The notes: a model not told the origin generated them from the letters alone. A DNA stretch of 64,000 bases from the human T2T-CHM13v2.0 reference genome, Homo sapiens (GCF_009914755.1 NC_060936.1), one strand, 5' to 3'. Counted from the stretch's first letter, positions 41,935 through 56,713 are shown. Numbers and translations are program-made.

Positions 41935-42175
41935 TAAAGTTGTTTAATTTAATTAAACTTTAAAAATCAGTTTCTCAGTTGCATTAGCCAAGTGTGGCTA
42001 TTGAGCACTCATATGATGGCTACTGTGGTGGAGAAACTAAATTTTAAATTTTATTGTATTTTAGTTAATTTAAATTTAAATTTAGTTAGACACATGTGGC
42101 TAGTCGTTACCCTACTGAGCAGCAGAGACATAGAACATTTCCATTGTCACAGAAATTACTAGACAGAGCTGCTCT
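41935..42175. mobile_element. MER3/MER33-like hAT-Charlie relic
   Basis: CACATGTGGCTAGT...ATAGAACATTTCCATTGTCACAGAAA motifs and an AT-rich core. Confidence 0.65.
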
Positions 42176-42179
42176 AGAG

Positions 42180-42395
42180 AAGGGAGTGGGAATGCTTTTC
42201 TTTTCAGGACCAGATTGAATATTTTTGGCTTTGCAGGCCAGACCAGTTCCATTGCAATCTCTCAGTTCTGCTGTTGTAGAGCAAGAACAGCCACAGAGAA
42301 TACACATAAATCAGTTATATGTTCCAATAATGTTTTCTTTGCACAAACACATAGTGGACCAGTTTGACATGTGAGTTGTAGTTTGCTGACCCCGG
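42180..42395 (+). mobile_element. MER58-like hAT-Charlie relic
   Basis: GAATATTTTTGGCTTTGCAGGCCA...GTAGTTTGCTGACCCC. Confidence 0.72.
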
Positions 42396-42883
42396 CCCTA
42401 AAACTTTGGTTTCTTTTGTATTCGTTTTCCTTACTCTTTTCCTGTTTGCCTCTAAAATTTTCCTTTACAGTATTCCATATTTCTCAAACACCTCCCTGCT
42501 TCCATCTTTGTTATCACAACACACTTCATTGTTTCAAAACACTATAAATGATCACCCTCCACTTGTGTCCTGCTCCTGCCCATTCTACCTGTGACCATAG
42601 AGCTATGCCCTCCTAACTCACTTTAGCCAGTCTGCTCATCTGTTAATGTGTGTAATAATAGTAATTGTCTGATGTGGTTATTGAAAGGAGCTAATGAAAT
42701 GTGTATAAAATTACGATCGTGGAAGGCATGAACATTCTCACATTAACACATTAACACAGAATAGTTGAGACTCAGAGCCCAACTAACACTAATACCAGTG
42801 TGTCACTCATTGTGTGTGGACCTCAGGTAGGAAACTTGTCTCTACCTCAGTTTCCTCATATGTAAAATGAGGATTATTGGATG

Positions 42884-43525
42884 TAGTAGGTCCTTGAATA
42901 ACGGCATTTTGTTCAACTTTGTTTTGTTGTAATATTGAAGTGGAAAAAAAAAAGAACAATTCTTGGGCAGCGCCACTGTCTGTGTGTGTTGTTTGCATGT
43001 TCTACCCATGTATGGGTGGGATTATTCCGGGTACTCTGGTTTCCTTTCACATCCTAAAGATGTGCACATAAGGTGAATTGGCATATCTAAATGGTCCCAG
43101 TATGAGAGAGAGAGAGAGAGAGAGAGAGAGTGTGTGTGTGTGTGTGTGTGTGTGTGACTGTGCCCTGCGATAGGATGGTGTCCTGTCTGGGGCTGGTTCC
43201 TGCCCTGTCCCCTGAGTTGCTGAGATAGGCTCCAGCCGCCCACAACCCTGAGCTGAATAATTGGGTAAATAATGCTCTTAGTGGTTGTTATTTATCTTTT
43301 TTAAATGTATGGATAGCTCATATTTATTTCAGTGTTTACTATTAGAAGTGTTTTGGGTCCTTATTTAGAAATTTGATGATGTTTTTGTGACCAGAAATAT
43401 GCCCTAGGAACTTAACACTTGTTTATATCAATTAGCCTGTGGTGAAATTAGTTTCCTTGTATGTCATTTTGCTTAAAGTCTCCATTTCCAAAATCCTATT
43501 GATGATGTTAAATGAAGACCTACTG
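42884..43525 (-). mobile_element. MER82-like Tigger relic inserted in a MIR
   Basis: Inverted ends AGTAGGTCCT...AGACCTACTG; MIR sequence (CTCAGTTTCCTCATATGTAAAATGAGG / TACCTCACAGAG) resumes on both sides; contains a (GA)n(GT)n tract at ~43104-43156. Confidence 0.65.
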
Positions 43526-45190
43526 TATTTACCTCACAGAGTCCTCATGAAGATTAAGTGAGTTAATTTGTGTTAAATGCTCATAGCATTGTCTTGATAC
43601 AATTCTTTAAAATTTTTCCCTAAGGTTTATAGATGAAAAAAGAAAGTCTTAAACATGTTAATTTGTCTGCAGTCATTTAAATAACTAGCAAATGACATGG
43701 CTAAGATTCGAACTCTAGTCTGTTGGCCTCAAAGCTCAGGCCTTAACATTGTACTACATTCCTTTTCACATCCATCAGCTCCTTACCACATTCCCTAGTT
43801 TAGAATTAATCTCTTTCTTATTATGTGCTTTCATCATGCTTAGTTTGTACCTCTGTCAGGAAATTTGCCACATTTTGCATCTTATCATAGTTATTGCAAA
43901 CCAGTCTTCGTTTTGAGAGTGGAGAACATGTTCCCAGTTATAATGTTTCCCCTTCCTTCACAGTCTCTGGTCTAATCAATAGAAAATTATTATGAAATGT
44001 ATTAAATAGAAACACTTTTGAATAGAAAAATTATTATAGTTAATATTTGGGATTCTAATCTGTTGTAGTCTTCTTATGAGATAATGAATTTTTTTATAAA
44101 GTTTATATATTCACCTTTTTTTAGTATATAGATAATCAAATGTAGCCTTCATCTTTGAATTGTTTCCAATATGTTGGCTTTGGTTGATTCTACTTTAGAA
44201 AAAGAGCCTGAAGTTCTTTTGTTTTATTGTTTATTTATTTATAAATTGTGATGAAGACCCATGTATATAGGAGGTCATCAAGGAAATAAATTGTAATGTT
44301 ATTCTAAGAAGGAAGCTCATAACAGAAAGTAAATATAAACCTGAACTTTTCAGTTATTTAATAATAAATACATGCAAAGTGCAGAAATCAGTGACTGAGA
44401 ACACAGATAAAGTTGCAACATTATGACAACTAAATATGGTTGTGTTGGAGGAAGCTTTCAACAGTTATTTCATACAAAGTGCGATATGGCACTTTTTGAG
44501 AATTTCATATTATAGGCCACACTGTTAAAAATATATTAAGCTTTGTTATTGGAATGGGAGAGGATGGTGGAATTGAGAGAAACATTTTAGATTTTACTAA
44601 TTTAACTTTCTGTAGCTCAGTAACCAAATTTGCAGATTAAAAGCTGTCCGTTACTCTCTGAAAAATGGCTATCATTCACTCTGAAAGAAGACTTTTTTTT
44701 TCAGTATCAGTCTTATTCCCTTTTATAATATTTGAATAGTAAATACATATTTAAATTAAAAATTTTTAGCTCTCAGAAAAGGGAAGGATGGAAATTGGCA
44801 GTGATGAAAAAATTGATGGGAAGAGAAGAATCATGTAAACATTTACTACTAGCCACTTCTGGCACCCAGAGATCAAGACCATGGAGGACAGGCTCCCTAC
44901 CTCTTAAAAACCCTTCAGATATCCACACACGTTCACTGACTTAGCTCAATGTGTGAACCAAATACATGCCCCAGTCTCACTAATTTGATAAACAAGGCCA
45001 CAGTCAAACATAGAATGGGTGAAGTTAACATTAGGAAAGACAGCGAAGACTCAGGGTAGGCTAAGGTGAAGAAGAGAACAAATCAGATTCAAGCAAGAGT
45101 CTCTCAAAGGGCTGAGTCCAGGTTCTTATGCTGGATGTGAGTTAGCAGGCATTAATGAGCAAGGGGCAAGGACAAATGCAAAATTACCAG

Positions 45191-45274
45191 TTTTTTTTTT
45201 TTTTTTTTTTTTGAGATGGGGTCTTGCCATGTTGCCCAGGCTAGAGTGCAGTGGCTATTCACAGGTGTGATTAT
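45191..45274 (-). mobile_element. Short FAM/7SL-derived Alu monomer fragment
   Basis: Poly-T followed by GAGATGGGGTCTTGCCATGTTGCCCAGGCTAGAGTGCAGTGGCTATTCACAGG. Confidence 0.75.
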
Positions 45275-45576
45275 AGGAGAAAATAGAAAATTATGTAAAA
45301 TAAGAAGTCCAAAAGGAATTTTAAAAGCTATCTTCTTTACAGATCGCTTTGGGGAGGCCCTCAGTCCTGTCTCTGAGAGCTTACATGATGAAGGTGCATC
45401 TTTGACTTCTTTACAAGGACATCTAACATTTCTGTAGTGACTATTTATTTACAGGAGCTGAGATTCTTCCCATTTCATTTGCCCTGGAGTGCATCCCTCT
45501 GCCTCTTAAATTATGAAATACAACAATTTCAAAGTTTATTTGAATTTGCCGAAACTGATAGATCTTAAGAATTTTA

Positions 45577-45975
45577 TATCAGTCAGAATAGCCTAGGATA
45601 TGCTGCAGAAATAACCCCCAAATCTTCCTAGTACATCATAGCCCAGGTATTTCTCGCTCATCCTACAAATTGATCTTGGGTTATTAGGAAGATTTGCCCC
45701 AGGCCATCCATCCTCACTCAGAGATATAGGCTGACAGTACAGTCAACATTTGGGATGTCACAGGCTTTTGTGGCAGGGAGGCAGGGAGGAGGATATGTAG
45801 TAAGTACCCACTGGCTTTTGGAGACTACTTTGCCTGCATTCCTTCTCTTGTTAGGCCCTGGGCTACAGAAAGCGACATGGCCATGCCTCATTTCAAGTGG
45901 GTATGAAAGTGCAATCTTACAAATGCCTAGAAGGAAGGCAACCAAAATCATGATAGACAGCAGGAATGATGATTG
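45577..45975. mobile_element. MLT1-type MaLR LTR relic
   Basis: ATCAGTCAGAATAGCCTAGGATATGCTGCAG...AACCCCCAAATCTT start is typical of old MLT1 elements. Confidence 0.55.
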
Positions 45976-47013
45976 ATAGCATATCTCTCTTTGTGATCTG
46001 AAGGTTCTGTGTAGCCAGTTATTATTGACTTTTTAGCTGCTTGAGGTTGATTCTGTTGAGAAAATAAAAGGCAGAAGCAAAATTTTTGTGGCCCAGATTT
46101 TAGTTTCATAAAACTGAGTTTAGATGTTGTTATAAGTGGAAGAAATGCTTCTTTTTACCAGAAGAAAAATTTAAAGTTATATTTTTACTTAAATATTTTT
46201 ATTTGATTATAATTAAGCTGACTATTAAGGTAATGAGTCAGTTAAACCAAAAGCTAAGCAAGCTAGACCATTAAAATTTATATTTTTTATTTAAAAAAAT
46301 TTAAATCACCCATTCAGTATGTAAATACGTGCTCAAATAACTCAAATAACACAGAAGTTTTATTACATAAAAATACACACTATCCCTTTTCTATTACTGC
46401 CCTCCAATTTTTCTCTTACCTGGAGTTTACCACTATTATTTTCTTAAGCATTTTTCCATACTGCTTGTGCATTTATATAATACAAAACATAGATACACAG
46501 GCAACTTGCTCTGGCTGTGTAAAAAGCTAATTTTGATCATTGTTTCATATTGATATATGTATATATCACATATACATTGCATTCCTTTAACGATGCATAA
46601 TATGTATTTAAAATATTAATAGATACTGATTTTGAGCCCTCCTAAGTTGCTGAACAAATTTATTTGCTCACCAACATTATACGAGAATGCTGTTTTCTCT
46701 TCACTCTCACTATAACTATGTATGATTTTTTTAATATCAAGTCAGAGGGGCAAATGACATCTTATAATTTTAATATTAATTTTCTTGACTGTTAATAAGG
46801 TTGAGCATCTTTTTTTTTAAACTTACTGGTCATTTTCATTTTGTTTTCATCAGTGGATATCATGCTGAAGTTGTTTGCCTATTGGATTTTTAAGTTTTTT
46901 CTTATTAATTTGTAGAAACACTTTAAATATTGCAAATATGTCTTTCCCTTGTTAAATATGTTGAAAATATGCTCTCCCCGTACCCTGGCTTTATATTCTC
47001 TTCTATTTTATGC

Positions 47014-47044
<31 letters not shown>

Positions 47045-47515
47045 TATTCTAGCACATACATATATATATACACACACACACTTATATACACACATGCACT
47101 CATCTGAGTGTCAAGATATCGGTAGTTGAGTGAAGTACATTTCAGAATCTGAATAAAGATCCTTTTTCACTTGTCAGTTAATGGAGGTTTTGGTTACTAA
47201 AATCCTTCTTCCTATGAGTATTTAAGGAAGAAGAGGCAATGAGAGTAGGATTTCTAGACTTTCCGGAAGTCATATAGAGCCTTGTTCCTGTTCCACAAGT
47301 CTTAAATCTTGTACAGGATCCTCTATGGAGAAACTCCTCCTATCTCAGAAAATTACACTCTAGGCCCAGAAAAGTTTGTGTGATGTCTGTGCATGTGCAT
47401 GGGCGCAGGTGAGGGTGCAGGAAGCATAAGTGGGGGAGGGCATGTGTGGCTTAATAATAGTAACCAAAGAAACCAAAATTAAAACTATGTTTCACTTTTC
47501 AAATTGGAGAAGATT

Positions 47516-47850
<335 letters not shown>

Positions 47851-49002
47851 TTAGATGCTCATGTTAGATTCAGGGAGTGCTGATGATAATATAGATTAAT
47901 TCAGTATTTCCAGAAAACAATTTGATTATTCAATTTTAATGTGCACACATGTGTTTGATTGTGGGAACGTAGCCTGCTAATGTAATTAGAAAGCAGTGTG
48001 ACCAATATTTGTCTGCAAGAAACATCATCCTAGGATCATTTAAAATAATGACAATGTTGTGAAAGGGAATTAGTAACAACACAGGATTAATTTTATTATT
48101 GAATAGCCATTGAATGGAATATTATGCCATCATTACCATAATTTTTGAGAATTCCTCAGGCCCTTGGGAAAAACTCGTAATGCAGTCCTCAACACAGAGG
48201 CAAACTATGAAACTACATAACAAGTGTGTTTGTATATAGAAAGAATAGGAAATACTCTAAAGTATATTTTTTAGTATTTTTACAGTGAGCATTAGTTACT
48301 TTTATAATCTGGGGAGACAAACCATTTAAAACCTGCCCACGAATTTAGAAGGAACAGTAGAGAGTCAGCACATAGAAGGCATTCAATTGACCTTTACTGG
48401 AATGATTTTATTTAAAATGAAATAAGAAACTTGTCATAGTAGAATAATCAAATCTTTGAGCTGGGCAGCTTCTTGCAGGTCACTTGGTCTAGTCAGTCGC
48501 AGTAAACCAATCTCTAAGCTTAGCCAATTTATATTGGTAGATTCATTACCTGTAACTGCCTCTGGACCATGCTGATTTGCTATCTCCTGCAGCAGTTCTG
48601 TGTAACATTGCCTACAGAACCTACCTCATTTGGATCTTTATATTGCCTCCTCCAAAAGGTACTCTTGTTTAAAAAAAAATTGTCTAAAGGTACTTTTAAA
48701 AAAGAAAATCCTAGGATGTTAATATTTTCAATATTAAACTACTCTAAAGTTGCCAACAATTGAAAAAAAATTCCAAGTTCAAGTTTTTTGAGTATTGTTT
48801 ATAGAAGTAGTATTGTATGTTTGAGGGTTTGGTTCTGTAATCAGACTTTCATGAGCAAGTTGCTGTGATGAGTTTCCTTGTATGTAAAATGGGATTAATA
48901 ATAATACCTGCTTCATAGGGAAAGGTTTTTTAAAATTAAATTTGTTAACATATATGATATGAAGTCTTGGACTACAGTAAAAGATTGATAAATGTTATTT
49001 AG

Positions 49003-50400
49003 AGACTTCTGTTTTCAAGACAAGACAGAGAAAATATACTTCCTGCCAAATACAATAAAAAACCTAGGATGTTGTATATCAAACACACATAAGAAGACTG
49101 AAAGGTAGAGCGAAGGTCAACCAGCTAGGAAATTTGGGGATGTGAGGAATGGCATGGCCATGAGTTCCCTGGGTTTTCTTTTTTTCTTTCTTTTTGTAAC
49201 CCACACTGGGTTCTTAAGAAGCTAGCAACCGAGAAGCACCAATAGGCACAGATTTTAAAAAGCCCCAATAAAAACTTTCTCTCTGTGACTACAGAACCAA
49301 GAAAGGGACAGCATGGCAAGACAGAAAACTTTTAGGTGAGTGCTGTCCTAATCCAGCCAAACACTCCAGAAAAATAGTGTGGCCTCAATTTCATCCTTAC
49401 CAGTAAAGACCTGCTGGAGAGTCTAGATTTCTGCTCTTGCCAAGGTGTAGCAAGGTGCCCCAGACATTGCCTCCTCCCTTGGTGGGGTCAGATTAGTTTA
49501 TGTGGGGAGCTGAAACTTTCATTCTGGCTAAGGTAAGGAGGTAAGAAGGTCCTCCCACCCAGCCATGTGGGAGGACATGAAGGGTATGGGGGAGCAGTCA
49601 CAAAGTGCCCTTCTCCTTTCATCTAGGATGAAAGGTTGTAAAAACCTCTTGGGAGCTTGAATTATTACCCTGACCCATCATTCATGAGCCATCCCCCAGC
49701 TGATGTGGTATCAAGGGAACCTGGAGATTAATTGGGACTTATACCTGTGCCTGGTAGTAATGAGGTGGCTCCCTGCCCACCAGCACAGTGTCAGAGAAGA
49801 CCTGCTAAAACAGAAGATTTAAATCAGATTATTATTTTTGTTTATTTTTTAATTTTTATTTTTATAGATTTAGAAGGTACAAGTACAGCTTTGTGACATG
49901 CATATATTGCATAGTGGTGAAATCTGGGCTTCAGCATAACCATCACCCAAAGAGCGTATGTTAAATCAGGTTATTCAGTAATCTGCAGACCCGAGATGTA
50001 ATATAAGACCCGAGATGTCTAGATATGATTTACTCATTACACAAAGATCCAAAAATTATGCGTTATGCAGAATCAGGAACATTTCACTCTGAGTAAGAAA
50101 AACAATCAATGGGTGCCAGCACTGAGATGACACAGAGTTTGGAACTACCTGACAAGTATTTTAAAGCGGCCGTCATAAAAGTGCTTCAAGGAACAATTAT
50201 GAACACACTCAAAACAATTTTTTTAGAAAGTTTCCATAAATAAGTAGAAATCATCAGCAAATAAATGAAATATATAAAAAATAACCAAATGGAAATTTTA
50301 GAACTTAAAAATACAATAATGATAATGAAAACTCAGGAATGGGCTCAACAGCAGAATGCAGATGACAGAGAAAAGAATCAATTGAACTGGAGCAGAGAAA
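49003..50400 (+). mobile_element. Ancient L1M 5'/ORF1-region relic
   Basis: A-rich degenerate ORF1-like stretch (AACCAAATGGAAATTTTAGAACTTAAAAATACAATAA...GGGCTCAACAGCAGAATG); boundaries approximate. Confidence 0.55.
49834..49960 (-). mobile_element. Very short L1MA-like 3' end with 15-bp TSD, nested in the older L1M
   Basis: TTAAATCAGATTATT (49819-49833) and TTAAATCAGGTTATT (49961-49975) flank a T-rich tail and L1 3'UTR. Confidence 0.75.
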
Positions 50401-51048
50401 AAAAAGTAAAATCATCTATAAATGAATGAGTGAATATGATGTTGCCAACTATAACACCAGTTTAGACATCTAGACTTGGGTTTCAGGTATAGCTTTCTCC
50501 AATTCCTAACCACGTGCCCTGGGTATTCTTCTTATCTCTATTCTCTTGACTTTAAAATGGAGAGTAAAAACTTCCCTAGTTACTCTGTCTGGGTCCTAAA
50601 TCCTATGCTTCTTGAAAGTTTAGTAACATTCTCATTCATTCATTCATCAAACAAATATTGAGTGACTAATACATGGCAAGTGCTGTATATATTCTCCTTG
50701 TAATCTTAGGATCTAAAACAGTGTCATATTCTTCTTGTAGTCTTTAAGATTCTTTTTAAAGAGTCTCTGCATTCAGGTAGATTACAGTGTAATGAAGGAA
50801 ACATCTGAGTGGAGCAATGTTCTAAGTTAAGCTGTGTGGTAAGTGCTATGGTGGAGAAACATACACAGGTACACAGGGCTTTTGAACTACTTGGGGAGGG
50901 TGGTGGTAAAATGAAGGACAGCCACAGAAGTGGAAGCTGACTGAATTCAAGGAACTGCAAAGTTTGTAATCAGTACAGCTGGAGTTGTAAAGTTGGATGA
51001 GTGGAAATGAAACAGAGTAGATCAATGGGTTTTGAATGTCATCTAAAG

Positions 51049-51581
51049 CAGGGGTCCCCAACCCTAGGGCCATGGACTGGTACCAGTCTGTGGCCTGTTA
51101 GGAACTGGGCCACACAGCAGGAGGTGAGCAGCAGGTGACTGAGCAAAGCTTCATCTGTATTTATAGCTGCTCCCCACTGCTCACATTACTGCCTGAGCTC
51201 CAACTCCTGTCAGATCAGGGGTGGCATTAGATTCTCATAGGAACACAAGCCATATTGTGAACTGCACATGTGAGGAATCTAGGTTGCATTCTCCTTATGA
51301 GAATCTAATGCCTGATGATTTGTCGCTGTCTTCCATCACCCCAAGATGGGACTGTCTAGTTACAGGAAAACAAGCTCAGGGCTCCCACTGATTCTACATT
51401 ATGGTGAGTTGTGTAATTATTTCATTATATGTTATAATGTAATAATAATAAAAATAAAGTGCACAATAAATGTAATGCGCTTGAATCATCCTGAAACCAT
51501 ACCCTTCCCCCACCCCAGTTCGGTGAAAACATTGTCTTTCATGAAACCAGTCTCTGATGCCAAAAAGGTTGGGGACTGCTG
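51049..51581 (+). mobile_element. MER1A-type hAT-Charlie DNA transposon
   Basis: TIRs CAGGGGTCCCCAACC / GGTTGGGGACTGCTG; 8-bp TSD ATCTAAAG / ATCTAGAG. Confidence 0.92.
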
Positions 51582-52476
51582 ATCTAGAGGTATATAGTTT
51601 TTATCTTGAACTTTAGAGAAATATATTAAATAATTTTGAGCACTATTTGAAATATTTTTGTTGACATATTTACATAATATTTACAATGAACAAAGCCATT
51701 ATAGCAGCATATGGAGATGGCTTGAGTGAATGGGGTCAGGTCTAAAACAGGGAGATTAATTAGGATGCACTCATTGTAATCAGTGAGAGAACCAAACCAT
51801 TACAGAGACAATAAAGGCTCTATAAGATGTGACATTACATATAAATGAATATGGAGAGTGAGGGTACAAATCTGACTTTGGAGTTTCTAATTCAGGCCAC
51901 TGGATGCAACATAGTTCCTTGAAATTTAGAAAACAGGAGGAGGAGCAAGTTTGCAGTTGTGATGGAGCTGTGGGGGTGGGGGTGGAGGTGGAGTGAAATG
52001 AGCATAATTTTAGACAGGTTATTTTTTTTAAGTAGAGATGTCCTGCAGACTTTTGGCTATAAGGTATGGAGCTCAGAAAAGAAGGTTAGGGCTGGAGATC
52101 AAAGTGGAAGTTGAAACCAGAAGAGTATAGGCATCATCTAGGGAGAAACTGTAGCGTGAGATAAGGGATGCATATGGAACATGAGATATCACAGCCAATA
52201 AAAGATGAAGCAGAGAAAACAAGATGCAACAAACATATTGAAAAAGAGCTGGCAAAGAAGTAGGAGAAGAATAATGCAAATAAATGACAAAGTAAATTCT
52301 GTGGAATTGAGGGAAGCCCCTTTTTTGGGTAAAATATCATGAACATAATTGAATATTGATCACAAAGAATGGTAGAATAGAAGTCATAGATAAAGGAAAA
52401 GAGAATAATGATATTATCAAGAAATATTCTAGCAAGTAAATAGTTTCCCTGCCAGAAATGTTTTTTTTTTTCAGGT

Positions 52477-52480
<4 letters not shown>

Positions 52481-52522
<42 letters not shown>
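52481..52522 (+). repeat. (AT)n microsatellite
   Basis: About 21 units. Confidence 0.97.
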
Positions 52523-52526
<4 letters not shown>

Positions 52527-53210
52527 GTTTTTGTGGGAAATTCTATAAAACACCTTTCCTTATTTCCACCACAGAATGACAACTTTACCTTTTTGTTGGT
52601 GTGTTAGATATTTATGGCCACAATTATACTATATGACCAGGAACCACAAAAATCTCCATAAAATGAACTATTAAGAGTTTATTTCCATATGTCTGCAGGT
52701 GGTCAAGGCATCAGCTGATCTAGGTTGGGGGTGGTTGGGAGCATTGCTTCAAGACATAAATCTAGCTGGTGTGGGCTCCCTGCTTCTTTGGGCTCTGTTC
52801 CCACCTGCAGTTGTTCATTCTTGGTGCCATGTTGAGGAGGGAGCAGTTATATCTGGGAGGCTGTTCTCCTGGAGAAGGTAGTGGTGCAGGAGAGCTAGCC
52901 TCTGCTTGCATCGTGTCTGCTGACATTGCATTAGCCAAAGCAAGTACATGGATGAGCCCCAAATCAAGAGAGAGAGTCTCCACTCATGGAGGAAGGGCCG
53001 AGGAAAGAGACAAAATACTTTTGCTAAGAGTAGGATGCTGGGAAGAGGTAATATTTTTGAACAAACATGAGATCAGTCACAGGGGAATTCAGAATCATTA
53101 TATAAATTAATTCTGTGCTATGCTGTAGGTAATCAAATTTGCTATTATTGAAATACATAGGGTCATTTGACTTTGATTAAATGATTCTTCCTCCTGTTGC
53201 TTTCTGTGGC

Positions 53211-53213
<3 letters not shown>

Positions 53214-53245
<32 letters not shown>

Positions 53246-53548
53246 ATTATTATTATTATTGTTATTTTGAGACAGAGTCTTGTTCTGTCACCCAGGCTGG
53301 AGTGCAGTGGCGTGATCTTGGCTCACTGCAACCTCCACCTCCTGGGTTCAAGCAGTTCTCTGCCTCAGCCTCCCGAGTAGCTGGAATTTCAGGCACCTGT
53401 CACCATGCCTGGTTAATTTTTTGTATTTTTAGTAAAGACAGGGTTTCACCATCTTGGCCAGGTTGGTCTTGAACTCCTGACCTCGTGATCCACCCACCTC
53501 AGCCTCCCAAAGTGCTGGGATTACAGGCATGAGCCACTGAGCCCGGCC
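53214..53548 (-). mobile_element. AluS with an (ATT)n-expanded tail
   Basis: Full dimer; TSD TCTGTGGCTAT at 53203 and 53549. Confidence 0.95.
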
Positions 53549-54531
53549 TCTGTGGCTATGATTTTTTAATGCTGCCACTGTATCTGTAGCTGCTTTTAAT
53601 CCACTGCTTCATTTCACACAGGGCTCTTTGAGTGAATACCTGAAAGTGATACTCAGCTATTTAACAAGAGCTTTTTTATTTACTTCAATATATTTTCCTG
53701 TTATTTTGCATTGTTACTATATTTGGTAGTCTGACATTGGAAGAAATGGACCATTACTGTACTTGCATATTTTATTCTAATTCCCATTTTACTAAAAATG
53801 TGGCATATGTAAAGCCTTTTCTTTTGGAAAAATGAGTTATATTTCCTTAAAAAATTATTCCATGTATCTACATGGTTTCTGTGTTTTCGAAGGAAAACAT
53901 TGATCGATTAAGAGATGAAAAGCACTGAATTGCAAAGGCTTTCAAAAATAAATATTTTATATGCATGTCCCTTCTTTATTCAAATTATGAAGCATTTCAA
54001 ACATGCAGAAAAGAGCTTATCTATTCTTTGTGAAATTGTAGGCATCACATTTAACTGAAATAAAAAATACATATAGCTCTTTCAGAGCAGAATAGAATTT
54101 TTCGGTAAGTTTTTCTATTTGCAGCAGGTACCAAAACTTCAGTCACACATCTGCCATTTGCCCTTTCACAATCCCCAATGCCTCTGCACTGCACTTACAT
54201 ACCATTTATTTCATCTATGTAAAAAGGCTGATTTTGGTGCTCTATACCCTAGTTTTATCCTAAGCAATAAAATCCACAAAGTCGCCAGCTGGAAGTGTGA
54301 GGTATGTATTTTTTTAGTGCACATCAAAATAAATACATGCTTATTAAAATAAAAAAGTATACTGTGTACCATCTTAAATATCTAGTTTACAGCTGTCATT
54401 ACTTGACATAGAATGCACTAGGAAACATTGTTTTAAGGCCAGCTCTATCAAACTAGAAATATAATAACTTCATTAAGTGACAATATATTTTTAAAGCCAT
54501 CATTCACCTTTACTTTCCAATTATTTTTCAG

Positions 54532-54676
54532 GTTTGTGGAAGGAATGCTTAACATTTGTTACAATGCCGTTGATCGTCATATTGAAAATGGTAAAGGGGA
54601 TAAGATTGCTATCATCTATGACAGTCCTGTTACAAACACTAAAGCAACCTTTACCTATAAAGAAGTTCTGGAGCAG
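54532..54676 (+). CDS. ACSS3: ACSS3 coding exon 2
   Basis: Acceptor TTATTTTTCAG|G and donor CAG|GTAATA; 145 nt. Completes the TG+G Trp codon and reads FVEGMLNICYNAVDRHIENGKGDKIAIIYDSPVTNTKATFTYKEVLEQ, the ACS-family WF..G.LN..YN..DRH motif. Exons 1+2 total 456 nt (152 codons). Confidence 0.96.
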
Positions 54677-55549
54677 GTAATATCATAAACTTTATATATG
54701 TATATATGAATTCATATAGAAATTACTTAAATAGCATACATTCTCATTGTAGAGCCTTCAATTCTCTAATGCATTGAAATATGTTGCCATGCTTTTCTTT
54801 TGATACACATTGGAAATGAATACAGATGTGTTAACTCATGTAGACAGTTTTTATAGCCTTCAATTTATGTTTCACAGTGCTAAATGATGCTCATTTTACA
54901 GGGAGAGGATGGCAAATCCTGAGAATATGTGTCACTCTTCCTCTGGTCTTTACTCTTCATCCACATTACCATCACCTTTGGCTGCTCCCCAGATCTTGTA
55001 CTATTGAAACAGTCTTCTAACTGCCTTCCCTGTCATTAGGCTCTGCTCATATTAGATGATCACCAGGGTGTTCTTCCTAAGAAACAACATATTTCTCTAT
55101 GCCACTTAAAAATCTATTTCTTAAAAAATGCTGTTATTCAGAGAGTAAAATCTAGATTGCTGTGGTGTCTAAGACACTTTGAAATCTGGTCATAACATTC
55201 CTTCCAAGCTTCATTTTCCAAAATTCTTGACTATGCACACAACCCTTTCTTTTACCCTAGATGTCTTGTTATTGCCTTAGATACTCCTGGGCCTTTGTAG
55301 CTCTTTGAACATGTTCATTCCTTTGGCTTATTTGCTCTTTTGAGTTCTTTCCCATCTGTGCAGTTCTTAGGTGGATCATGATATTAAGTGATGAGTTATG
55401 AGATTTTTCTCTTTTATTAACATTAGGGTAGAAATAAGGCCTCAGAAGTAATTATAAAAAGTATTTGGGAATTGTGGACTGTGGGAAAGTTATTCAAGCT
55501 CTGTGGAACATTTACTAAAAATGATTTAAAGAGAGGTAATGGTGCAAGG

Positions 55550-55758
55550 CAGGATTTCTCAACTTTGGCACTGTTGATATTTTGGATCAGATAATATTTT
55601 GTTGTGGGTGCTGCCATGTACATGGCACGACATTTAGCAGTATCCCTGCCTCCACCTTAAAGATGCTGGTAACACAACCCCACCTCCCTGAGTTGTGACG
55701 TCTGCGCACATAGCTAATGTCTGCTGAGTGGTAAGATTGCCACTGGTTGAGAAACTGA
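55550..55758 (+). mobile_element. MER20 hAT relic
   Basis: CAGGATTTCTCAACTTTGGCACTGTTGATATTTTGG...CTGGTTGAGAAAC. Confidence 0.8.
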
Positions 55759-56271
55759 AGTTGAGCAGAGTCTGTCATGCTAGGGTTTGGAGGCATTTGC
55801 TTTGACATGAAGGCTTTTAAGATTGTATTCTCTCCTTTTGCTTTTTGAACCCATTTAAGGGTTCCATTCCATTTTTAGAAAGTTTCATCAACTCTCCCTG
55901 ACTCTTTGAAATCATATTCTTTTTCATCAGCAAGTTCTTATTTTGCCTTGTAAGAAATTTCAAGAAAGGCAACTCAGACTAAAGGATCGCCTTTCCAGTC
56001 CTGAGTTGTTGCAAATAAGAGAGAAGAGTTAGACCAGTTTGCTAGGCTGGGTATCAGCCTGGTTGTAGCAACAAATTCCAACCTCAGCTGATTTAAACAT
56101 AAAAAAAGACCTTATGAAAAGGGTAGACTGAAGAGCCAGGCTTAGAAAAATGGTAAACCCTAAGGGAGAAAGAGCAGAAGTGAGGAGTTAAGAAGAACCC
56201 ACAAATTGTCCAATAACTAGACTCACTGCCTTGAGTCAATCTTCTAGATTGAAAGACAGAGTAGTAACATC

Positions 56272-56713
56272 TGTCGTGCTGAACCCCTATTGACTCCAGT
56301 GGGGATGGCACCAGGTTCAAGAGGCCAAAGAAGAGACCCAGAGCCCCATACAAAACATGGGGTTTTACTGGAGCCTTACATCCAGGGGAGAGGCCACTGG
56401 TGGCAGGCTGGGCAGGAGAACTGCACGACTTGCAAAAAGCATGCAGTTTCTATAGCATCTTCACTTAGCACCATCCCCCTAACAGTCTCCATCTGGCAAC
56501 TTCCATTTAACCTAAAGCAAAGGGCCTCGATCCCAGACGGGATAGGGCTGACATACTCCTCAGAAATAAGGAATGGATGTGTGGATTGGCCACTCCTGGA
56601 TTTGTATTCCCTAGCTCAGAACTCTGAACACATATTTGGGTGTGCCTGTCATACAGGGTCTTTCTCAGGGTATGGTCAAGTCAAGTCATTGCTGTCAAGG
56701 CGTCTATCATACA
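56272..56713 (-). mobile_element. Solo ERV LTR (LTR47-like)
   Basis: TG...CA bounded, ~440 bp, starting TGTCGTGCTGAACCCCTATT...GGCACCAGGTTCAAGAGGCC; family name from memory. Confidence 0.6.

Noticed and set aside
49987-50018. AGACCCGAGATGT repeated twice
   Set aside because: A small local duplication inside a decayed L1, with no sign of function.
52073-52582. ORFs with (YI)n runs
   Set aside because: Translations of the (AT)n microsatellite.
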